This document shows positions 28,863 through 37,195 of a DNA stretch of 64,000 nucleotides, piece by piece. The DNA lies in NCBI GenBank assembly GCA_963676795.2, contig CAXXTB010000002.1, positions 352,001 through 416,000 of the forward strand, given 5' to 3'. The translations under genes were made by a program, and so were the position numbers. This stretch comes from Geopsychrobacteraceae bacterium. Its GTDB lineage: Bacteria > Desulfobacterota > Desulfuromonadia > Desulfuromonadales > Geopsychrobacteraceae. Every line of letters starts with the position of its first letter. Within the stretch, counting starts at the first letter, position 1. The notes under the pieces are model-generated. The model did not search any database. It saw only the letters and a list, made by a program, of their open reading frames with translations, and had not been told where the DNA came from.

Positions 28863-30362
28863 TCAGCAAGTAGGCTCTTTGGGCAGAAAGCGTTTATAGT
28901 CGACTTCCATAAAATCTGAGCGAATGAATTTGTCCTTCATGTGGAACGGAGCGGTACAGTCGAAAATTGTCTTGCAGGTGGTTCCGTGAGCAATGATCGA
29001 AGGGCTCATACCCAGAGATTGTGATGGGTCGAGGGGATGGCTGCGGACTCCAGGGATGATAATTGTATCGACATCACTCTGGTAGCGGGTCATCATAGCC
29101 CACAGAACATCATTGCTATCAAAGATGTCGACATCGTCATCGACCAGAATGACTGTTTTCAGCTCAGGGAATGCAGCAAAGGCACAGAGCGCTGCCTGAC
29201 GTTCACGCCCCTGATCGGTTGGGATCTTTTTGCTCATTTGCATGATGGCGAGCAATTTACCGCCACCGGCGGAGTGAGCATAGACGTTCTTGACCTTGCC
29301 AGGCATAGCGTCGTTAACAATACTCAAGATGCTGGCTTCAGTCGGGATACCGGCCAGGTTGACGTGTTCTTCACTGCAACCGATGGTTGTTTGGCAGATC
29401 GGGTTCGTGCGGGTCGTGACCGATTTGACTTTCATAATCTTAACAGCCGGATTTGCTTCGCCGGTGAAGCCTGGGAATTCTGGCATGGCGAACCCTGTGT
29501 TTGAGTGTTCATCTTCGCGCATGCGGACATCTGGGAGGATTTCACCTTCGATGACGATTTCTGCGTTGGCAATTGCTTTACTGTTGACGGTCAGGCAGTC
29601 AACCAGTTCGACTGGGCGCTTACGAAATGCGCCTGCAACTTCAAGTTCGTTGAAACCGATCGGAGTTGCTGGCGGTTCGAAACATGCGGCAATGTAGACA
29701 GCTGGATCAAGGCCGATGTTGATCGTGATCGGTAGTGCTTTGCCAGCTTTTTCGGCATTTTCACGGAACGAGTCGATGTGGCGGCCAGGGGCGAAGTAAA
29801 TCGAAATCTCATCCGGAGCCTGAAGACACTGACGGTGGATGGTGACGTCAGTCTTTCCGGTGTCTGGATCTTCTGCATAGACCAGACCCATGGTGATGTA
29901 TGGACCGGCATCCTGCAGAGTGTTCGTCGGAGCAGGAACCAGTTTACGTATATCAAAGCCGGGATCTGTTGCCATGTGAACGACTTCCTGACATTGAGCT
30001 TTTTCCCTTGGGATGGTGACAGGTGGAACCGGAGCACTGAGGGCTTCTGTTAGTTTGTGACCGAGTTCTTGAGGGGCATAACCCATCATTTGTGCAACGC
30101 GATTACGGCAGGCAACAATACCGGTTGCAACGCGAGCACCGGGGTGACCTTTAATATTGTTGAACATCATCATTGGGCCTATTTTAGTTGGCCGTTTAGT
30201 TGTTCCGGCCGCGCCAATGTATCTGTAAACACCAGAAAGTTCTCCGACCGGGTCCACCTCTGCATCGGTCTCGATAAATTGACCTGGAATCTGCTTCAGA
30301 AATTCAATGGCGCTTCTGAAATCATGAATGTCTTCAGGTGAGAGCTTTTTATTTGTTTCCAT
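28863..30362 (-). CDS. UbiD-family prFMN decarboxylase, gallate/protocatechuate type (LpdC/AroY-like)
   Basis: ELSGVYRYIGA, RPTKIGPMMMFNNIKG, DVTIHR, MPEFPG, EEHVNLAGIPTEAS, AGGGKL, HPLDPSQ and KTIFDCT closely match remembered LpdC/AroY sequences. RBS AGGAG. Confidence 0.88.
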   Translation of the reverse strand: METNKKLSPEDIHDFRSAIEFLKQIPGQFIETDAEVDPVGELSGVYRYIGAAGTTKRPTKIGPMMMFNNIKGHPGARVATGIVACRNRVAQMMGYAPQELGHKLTEALSAPVPPVTIPREKAQCQEVVHMATDPGFDIRKLVPAPTNTLQDAGPYITMGLVYAEDPDTGKTDVTIHRQCLQAPDEISIYFAPGRHIDSFRENAEKAGKALPITINIGLDPAVYIAACFEPPATPIGFNELEVAGAFRKRPVELVDCLTVNSKAIANAEIVIEGEILPDVRMREDEHSNTGFAMPEFPGFTGEANPAVKIMKVKSVTTRTNPICQTTIGCSEEHVNLAGIPTEASILSIVNDAMPGKVKNVYAHSAGGGKLLAIMQMSKKIPTDQGRERQAALCAFAAFPELKTVILVDDDVDIFDSNDVLWAMMTRYQSDVDTIIIPGVRSHPLDPSQSLGMSPSIIAHGTTCKTIFDCTAPFHMKDKFIRSDFMEVDYKRFLPKEPTC

Positions 30363-30929
30363 GCAACAAAATCTCCTTTTTTATGATTGTGATTGTAAAA
30401 AATTCTTCTTGAGAAAGTATCTATCCCACGAAAGACTTTTATATGCTCAGATGATTTTTCTTTAAAAGTGCTTGTCTTCGTTTTTTTGTATGTAGGTTAG
30501 CTACTGTGTGGATGATAAGTGTAAGGTGATCTTACCTAAAATGGGAATGTTTTTACAGAAGATATCAGAAGGTTGACCGGATCATCCAATGCAAATATTT
30601 CATGATTCCATAACAAAACGACATTGTTCGTGGCTGAGTTTTATAGTGGATTGTGTAATGTCTCAGAGAGATTCCTCTCCAAATATACCGCCATCAGTTT
30701 TAAGTCATATTTAATTTGTTCCGTGTCCAGTTTATATTTGCGGAAAGCCTGGCAATGGTTTTGTCTTCTTCAGATACCGTCTTCCAGAGATACAATGCGA
30801 CATTGTGCGCTAAGGTTATCCATTTTTGCTGACTTCCTCCCCCCCCCATTGACAGGGCTAACCGAGGTAAGTGATTTGAGTCTGAAAACTTGCTGTAATC
30901 TCGTTAGGTGTTATGTTGTTCAGCGACCG

Positions 30930-31500
30930 ATGAGGTCGATTGGCGTTGGAATCAAGTCGTCGATTTTAATTTTGGCTATATGCAATCTGAGGTTGGTACA
31001 ACAGACAGCACTTCCTGTATCTGGCATCCTCCGGCATCTCCATGGGGGCCACCTTCATGTGCCTGTTTGAAGCCCATGTGCAGGTTGGAGTCAGTGTTGC
31101 ACCTTTGGCCTACTGTTGTGGCCCGGTAATTGTTATGATGCTGTAACCGACCCTCTTTAATGAAAAAATGACAGCCGTCAAACTGCTCGGTTTTTTTACC
31201 GTAGTGCTGGGGATGTTTTTTATCAACGGGCGGCCTGAAGCAGGGCTTTGTGATCCATATCGACCCTGAAGACTGCCTGCCCATCGTGTCGCTGGGCATC
31301 ATCAGCACCGGAATCGGATGCTATTTTTACTTTTCCTCTACTGGCGATTTGAACGTCCGGACCGTGGCCATCCCGGGATACCTTGAGCCGCTTTCCGAAT
31401 TGTTTCATCTTTTTGGGAGAAGCCCTGTGCCCTGTGCAATGGCTAGGCTCTGTGTTGGTTTTAGGTGGTGCGTTTTTCGGTGAATTGTACGGAAGGCGAG
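30930..31500 (+). pseudogene. Degraded EamA/DMT-family transporter
   Basis: Frame from 30994 reads FLYLASSGISMGATFMCLFEAHVQVGVSVAPLAYCCGPVIVMML*PTLFNEKMTAVKLLGF (TAA at 31144). A different frame gives LGIISTGIGCYFYFSS...VAIPGYLEPLS. The middle of the protein is missing. Boundaries approximate. Confidence 0.7.
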
Positions 31501-31773
31501 CCCTGCAACCTCAAGCACTCCTATGAGCATTGAATTGGCTTAAAAACACTCGATTTTCATTCTCCTAATAGTCATCGAGACTATATAGGCTGGCTGGTTC
31601 CCCCCCCCCTAAAAAAATAATGTTTGTACCTCTTATTCATTTGCTCAGAGAGAAACCCCTTTTGATATTTGCGAAAAACATGTAGCATACCCAGTCCATT
31701 ACTTCAATTTCACAAAGAAGTTTGTTTTGTTCTGCAAACAACAGAAATGCAAAAAAAATGTACCCTCCGGTTT

Positions 31774-31853
31774 AGTGACACTAACTTTTGGCAAGTGACA
31801 CTAACTTTTGGCAAATGACACTAACTTTTGGCAAATGACACTAACTTTTGGCA
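31774..31853. repeat. Tandem array, 4 x 20 bp
   Basis: A(G/A)TGACACTAACTTTTGGCA at 31774, 31794, 31814 and 31834, with no spacers. Confidence 0.97.
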
Positions 31854-31880
31854 TTTCGCATAATCGGGAGGATGTTTTCA

Positions 31881-32405
31881 ATGTCAGTTAACAAAGTCAT
31901 CTTGGTCGGACGTCTGGGGAAGGATCCGGAATTGCGTTATACCCCTTCGGGTGCTGCAGTCGCAACCTTCTCTCTGGCGACAACCGAAAACTATAAGGAT
32001 CGGGACGGCAATCGCCAGGAAAAGACCGAGTGGCACAACATCGTTGTCTGGCGTCAGCTTGCCGAGGTCTGCGGAAAGTTTCTCCATAAAGGGAAGCAGG
32101 TTTATCTCGAAGGGAAAATCCAGACCCGTTCCTATGATGATCGTGACGGGAATAAACGTTACATCACCGAGATTGTCGTCGATCAGATGCAGATGCTCGG
32201 CAGCCGCGAGGATTCTCAGGGAGGCGGTCAAGGTGGCCAGGGCAGCGGTTACGGTGGCGGTCAGAACTATGGCGGTGGCAACCAGCATAATCAGGCCCCT
32301 TCCCGCCCTGCTCAGAACAATACCTACGGCGGTGGTGGACAGTCCACGCAGCCCGACAGTTTTGAAGAGCCGGTTTTTAACCCTGATGACGAGATTCCGT
32401 TCTGA
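31881..32405 (+). CDS. ssb: Single-stranded DNA-binding protein
   Basis: MSVNKVILVGRLGKDPELRYTPSG, TEWHNIV, Gly-rich linker, C-terminal DDEIPF; RBS GGGAGG. Confidence 0.97.
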   Translation: MSVNKVILVGRLGKDPELRYTPSGAAVATFSLATTENYKDRDGNRQEKTEWHNIVVWRQLAEVCGKFLHKGKQVYLEGKIQTRSYDDRDGNKRYITEIVVDQMQMLGSREDSQGGGQGGQGSGYGGGQNYGGGNQHNQAPSRPAQNNTYGGGGQSTQPDSFEEPVFNPDDEIPF

Positions 32406-32438
32406 CCCAGGTAAAACATATCTATTTCATGGTTCCTC

Positions 32439-32468
32439 AAAAGCCTGCTTCTAAAGCGGGCTTTTTTT
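32439..32468 (+). terminator. ssb intrinsic terminator
   Basis: AAAAGCCTGCTT / AAGCGGGCTTTT plus T-tract. Confidence 0.8.
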
Positions 32469-32471
32469 ATA

Positions 32472-32623
32472 TCTGGTTATCTACTTGGCTCCAGTATCCC
32501 CCTTTCCAGGGACGCATGAACCCATCCATGGGGCTTGACAGTCGCCATCCGGGCGCCAGACACTCTTCCAAGGGGGATACTGAAGCCAGAACTGATCCAG
32601 CTGGAGCGAACTGGATAACCAGA
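32472..32623. mobile_element. 152-bp MITE with IS1595-type ends
   Basis: Ends TCTGGTTATCTACTTGGCTCCAG / CTGGAGCGAACTGGATAACCAGA match the TIRs of the IS at 54304-55331. Flanks TTTTTATA / TTTTTGTA (7/8 TSD). Confidence 0.85.
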
Positions 32624-33393
32624 TTTTTGTATTATGGTGATCAGGGAAAACGAGATATGTAATAGCTTACTTGCATTTGTAGATCATGTTCAATATGACC
32701 TGGTTACTCATTACTTATTACTTTATAAAAGGATTGAATGTAATTTATTACTTGCTTATCATTCTGAAAATCGACGTTATGTCGTTATCATCCTCATTCA
32801 GATTGGATCAGACGTCTGTTTTACCTCTGCGATAAACATTATTTGCGGTTTTAAAACGATTTTTCAGTGACAAAACGGATAACTCCACCTGTGATCATTT
32901 TCACCATATTTGGATTTTTTTTATTGACAGCTGTTCGCTTTTTGCTTTAAAAGTCCATCTCGTGAGATTGGGTTTCGTATGGCGATACCTTGCAGGTGGG
33001 AAATCAGGTCTCGTTAATTGCTGGAAAATTGAAGGACGGGGGGTCCTCTTCATTTTTTGAAGGGCTTCCCGTCTTTTTTTGTCCGGAATCGGTGTGCTAC
33101 TGGCTGCCACTGCAAGCATGCTGAGTTTAAAGAGATGACTGTAGCTGAACGAACAGCTGCCGTTTTCATATGGGGGGGGACAACGACTGAGAAACGGGAT
33201 AGGCCCGTTGTCGAAACGTTAGTATGTCACCACTTGGCTTGATGTTGTAAGTAAGACCCGCTGTCCCAGTACGATGTTTGGACTTTTTAAGTCTCAAATC
33301 CGTTGGAGAAGCAAAGTTTTACGCCCAAAGACGGAAACGACGTAAGTGAAGTAACAGGACATATGTCACAAACAAAGTATGGGGAGTAGGTCA

Positions 33394-34731
33394 ATGCAAA
33401 AAGATCCGCAACAGATTATCGAACGCAGTCCAATGTCAAAACTGCAGATTACCGCAGTTGCGATGTGTATCCTGTTGAACGCTCTTGATGGATTTGATGT
33501 TCTGTCAATCGCGTTTGCCGCACCAGGTATTACCAAGGAATGGGGCATCGCCCGTGTTGCTCTGGGTATCGTTCTGTCGATGGAATTGATCGGCATGGGT
33601 GTCGGTTCTATCTTCCTCGGTGGTGTTGCTGATAAAGTCGGCCGCCGTAAGACGATTCTGGTCAGTACCGTGGTCATGGTCATCGGCATGTTCCTGGCCG
33701 GCCGTTCCCACGGCGTCTATGATCTGTCTTTCTACCGCTTCTTCACAGGTCTGGGAATCGGCGGTATGCTGGCAGCGACCAATGCCATGGCTTCCGAGTT
33801 TTCCAACGCAAAAGCCAAGGCCATGTCGGTTATGTTCATGGCTGGTGGTTACCCGCTGGGTATCATCGTTGGTGGCATCATCTCCGGTCACCTGCTGAAG
33901 GTTTACTCATGGCGTGCCATCTTCGATTTCGGCGCTGCCGTCACCTTTGTTTTCCTGATCCTGAGTATCTTCTTCCTGCCTGAGTCGATCTCTTTCCTCT
34001 GCCAGAAGCGTCCGGCGGGTGCTCTTGATAAGATCAACGCCATCCTGCGCAAGATGAAGCACGATACCATCGATGCTCTGCCAGCTGTCTGCTGCAAGTC
34101 TGAGAAAAAGAAGGTCGGTTTCGCCAGCCTGTTCGGTCCGGGCCTGATCAGCATCACCATCCTGATGATCGTTGCTTACTTCGGTCACATGATGACTCAC
34201 TACTTCTTCCTCAAGTGGGTTCCAAAGATCGTTGTCGATATGGGTTATGCCGGTCCTGTCGCCGGTGCCGTTCTGGTATGGGCAAACGCCGGTGGCCTGA
34301 TTTCCAGCTTCCTGATGGGCGTTCTGTCCCGTCGTTTCTCGACACGTGGTCTGACCATCATCGTTCTGCTCGGCTGTTCGGTGATGATGATCATCTTCGG
34401 CGCTGGTGCTGATTCCCTCAGCCAGCTGAACCTGGTTGCCGCCTGTGCCGGTTTCTTCACCCAGGCCTGTATTGTCGGTCTCTATGCCCTGGTTGCCAAG
34501 GCATTCCCGACCGAGGTTCGTGCCAGTGGTACCGGTCTGGTCATCGGTATCGGCCGCGCCGGTGCCTGCCTTGGTCCGATCACTGCCGGCATTCTGTTCT
34601 CCGGCGGTTTCGGCCTGCAGACAACCGCTATCGTCATGGCCTGCGGTTCCTTTATCGGCTTCCTTGCGCTGATCTTCCTCAAGACCAAATCAGCTGAGGT
34701 AGTTGCTGATGCTCAGGTTGCTGCGAAGTAA
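33394..34731 (+). CDS. MFS aromatic acid:H+ symporter (AAHS; BenK/PcaK/VanK-like)
   Basis: TM1 NALDGFD, GGVADKVGRRK, RFFTGLGIGG, SEFS, LPES, FPTEVRASGTG; about 12 TMs. Confidence 0.9.
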   Translation: MQKDPQQIIERSPMSKLQITAVAMCILLNALDGFDVLSIAFAAPGITKEWGIARVALGIVLSMELIGMGVGSIFLGGVADKVGRRKTILVSTVVMVIGMFLAGRSHGVYDLSFYRFFTGLGIGGMLAATNAMASEFSNAKAKAMSVMFMAGGYPLGIIVGGIISGHLLKVYSWRAIFDFGAAVTFVFLILSIFFLPESISFLCQKRPAGALDKINAILRKMKHDTIDALPAVCCKSEKKKVGFASLFGPGLISITILMIVAYFGHMMTHYFFLKWVPKIVVDMGYAGPVAGAVLVWANAGGLISSFLMGVLSRRFSTRGLTIIVLLGCSVMMIIFGAGADSLSQLNLVAACAGFFTQACIVGLYALVAKAFPTEVRASGTGLVIGIGRAGACLGPITAGILFSGGFGLQTTAIVMACGSFIGFLALIFLKTKSAEVVADAQVAAK

Positions 34732-34756
34732 TAGCGCAAGCAATATAGTGTTGTAA

Positions 34757-34802
34757 CAACAAGGCCCCTGCGCTGGAAAAGCGCAGGGGCCTTGTTGCTT
34801 TT
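34757..34802 (+). terminator. Intrinsic terminator
   Basis: 18-bp perfect stem CAACAAGGCCCCTGCGCT / AGCGCAGGGGCCTTGTTG then CTTTT. Confidence 0.85.
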
Positions 34803-35058
34803 ACGAAGTTTTTTTACCTGTTGTGTACGAATTGCATCAATTGGCGAAACTGGTATAGTTAGTTGGCGTGTTTTTGTGGTTTTCTGATATTTTTACTGAT
34901 TCTTTGGGGTGGGGCACTTCATTTCTTTATATCAGGTGTGTGGCAAAGATCATCTTCTGAATTTGGTGTCTTGGTTATCTCAATGCATTACTATTAAATG
35001 TCATGGGGTTAGCCTTTCAGATTTTTGAGCCTTTTTCTATACAGCGAGCCACCTGTCT

Positions 35059-36840
35059 ATGCAGAATGAGATTTTTTCTCAACAGCTTAGAGATGCTTTG
35101 AAAATCTCGTCCAGTGAGCCGACAACCTATCTGGAATTTGTCGACTGCCTGCTCGCGATGAAAGAGGATGGCGTTCCGGCAACCTGTCAGAAGATCATAA
35201 AGCGTCTCTGGCCCGAGGACTGGGATCTGGCCGAGGATAAGGTCCAGTTCTGTACGATAAAATGGGATCTTCTGCGTAAACGACGCCATAAGATCAATGA
35301 ACGGTTGTTGGTCAGTCCGCTCTGTTTTTCCTTTTATATTCAGTTGACACCGGAAAAGGAGTTCAGAATTCTCTGTGCTGGCGAGGATATCTACCAGCAG
35401 CGCCTTGAAGATTATGAACGATCGCGCAGCAAGGCCCGTTCCGCTGCCGATCAGGCGAAGATCGATCAGGAAATAGCGCTGTTGCGGCGGCGGTATGGCT
35501 CTGCCAGTACTGTGTTGGTAAAACGCCCTGTTCCGTTCTGCTGGAATAAGGTTCTTCCCTTCGCTTCCTTTATCCTCTTTCTACTGCTGATTGCTGCTTC
35601 ATTGTACCGACTCTATCCGACTTTTGTTGATCGGCATTCCTTTGCGGATAACCAGCTTGCTGTTGATGATATCTCCATTGCGGTGCTGCCCTTGGTCATC
35701 AAGGGATCTGGTGACTTGAATGCCGTGCTGGGGGAGGGGATTATTGATGGGGTTATCTCCTCGCTGTCCCGTTTGCCGCAGATGATTGTTATTTCCCGTA
35801 ATTCGGTCTTCGCATACGTGAATCAGTCCGTCGATGCCGATCTCGCTGCCAGGGAACTGGGAGTTCGCTACCTTGTCGATGGCAATATTCAGACGGTAGC
35901 CACGCAGGTCCGGGTTTCTGTGCGCTTACATGACGCCACTACTGGTCAACTGGTCTGGGCCAGACGTTGGGACAAGCAGGTCGGTGATCTGTTTAATCTT
36001 CAGGATGAGATCGTCATGAGCATTCTGGCCGGTCTGCGCATGGAACTTTCCGATGGAGAAAAAGCCCTGGCCCTGGCCAAAGGCACGAAGAACGTCGAGG
36101 CTTACTGCAGGCTCATAGAGGCTTATCACTACTTTTTTCAGGAATCTCTGATCGATACCCTGCGTGCCCGACGACTCAGTGAAGAGGCCGTTGCTGCCGA
36201 TCCCGACTATGCCGCCGCGTATGCCCTGATGGCAGACTGTTTCCTGAAAGAGATGGAGCAAAAGGGGGAACCTGAACTTCTCGTCAGGGCTAATCAAGCC
36301 ATTCTGACGGCCAGAGCCATCGGGATCGATGATCCCGTCGTTCACAATATCTCGTCCCGGGTCTATTGGTATCTTGGTGAGTACGACAATGCCGTTACTG
36401 AAGCCAGACGGTCTTTGGAACTTGATCCGAATTTCGCCGAGGCGATCAACTGGTATGCTGCTTTACTCAACTGGCAGGGGGATCATGAAGGTGCGCTGCG
36501 CCTGTTGCAGCAATCCTTGCGTCTGAACCCCAAGGATCAGTCATTGACTCACCTGTTCATGGGCTTCGCCTATAGTGATTTGGGTGAATTCGACCAGGCC
36601 ATCCACTTTTTAAAGGAATTTCAGCGTGCCCGGCCCAAAGCTTTGCATGTCTATCACCACATCGCGGCCTGTTATGTCGCTGTTGGTAATATGGAACAAG
36701 CTCGGGATTACATTCGCAAAGAACGCGAGCTGATCCCGACCCTCTCCATTCAGGGGATAAAATCCCGGCCGTCCGTGGGGCGCAGTCCGAAGACTCAGGA
36801 CGCTTTTTTTGCCCGGCTGGCCCTCGCCGGAGTTCCCTGA
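35059..36840 (+). CDS. Membrane-anchored protein: putative wHTH N-domain, TM, TolB-like domain, TPRs (paralog 1)
   Basis: TM FASFILFLLLIAASL; SIAVLP, VISRNS, ARELGVRYLV, DLFNLQDEI; TPRs (DPDYAAAYA, LELDPN, LRLNP). Confidence 0.75.
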   Translation: MQNEIFSQQLRDALKISSSEPTTYLEFVDCLLAMKEDGVPATCQKIIKRLWPEDWDLAEDKVQFCTIKWDLLRKRRHKINERLLVSPLCFSFYIQLTPEKEFRILCAGEDIYQQRLEDYERSRSKARSAADQAKIDQEIALLRRRYGSASTVLVKRPVPFCWNKVLPFASFILFLLLIAASLYRLYPTFVDRHSFADNQLAVDDISIAVLPLVIKGSGDLNAVLGEGIIDGVISSLSRLPQMIVISRNSVFAYVNQSVDADLAARELGVRYLVDGNIQTVATQVRVSVRLHDATTGQLVWARRWDKQVGDLFNLQDEIVMSILAGLRMELSDGEKALALAKGTKNVEAYCRLIEAYHYFFQESLIDTLRARRLSEEAVAADPDYAAAYALMADCFLKEMEQKGEPELLVRANQAILTARAIGIDDPVVHNISSRVYWYLGEYDNAVTEARRSLELDPNFAEAINWYAALLNWQGDHEGALRLLQQSLRLNPKDQSLTHLFMGFAYSDLGEFDQAIHFLKEFQRARPKALHVYHHIAACYVAVGNMEQARDYIRKERELIPTLSIQGIKSRPSVGRSPKTQDAFFARLALAGVP

Positions 36841-36987
36841 CATCGTCACAGGCACCACATTGCGTTGCAGGTTCTTCTCCTTTTTACTGTCCTGATTGCA
36901 CTCCTGCGGCCATCAGTCTTTCCCCAATCCTGTTTTCTTTAGCCAGCCCCTTGCTCGTAACATGTCGGATTGTTTTGAAAAAATGAC

Positions 36988-37009
36988 CTGGGAATAGGGC
37001 TGTTCCCAG
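36988..37009. promoter_or_regulatory. Operator-like palindrome upstream of tannase 2
   Basis: CTGGGAATAGGGCTGTTCCCAG; 19/22 identical to 41215-41236. Confidence 0.65.
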
Positions 37010-37195
37010 CCCGGTCCCTCTAGGAATTCTTGGCTAAGTTACCGGAACGGTTTGTCTATTTTCCTTTCTGAGGTATCTGTTAGAGCTGTAACACTATTGT
37101 GTATTGTTGTCATTTTTTGTTGGGGAAGGGGGTCGTATTACAGTTGTTTTGTGTCAATGACGAGACAAAACATTCATCCATTCAAGGGAGGACGT

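Noticed and set aside
30624..31070. 148-aa ORF as an independent gene
   Set aside because: TTG start without RBS and no motifs. Its 3' end overlaps the EamA pseudogene fragments.
31774..31853. CRISPR array
   Set aside because: Repeats are contiguous with no spacers, are only 20 bp, and no cas genes are present.
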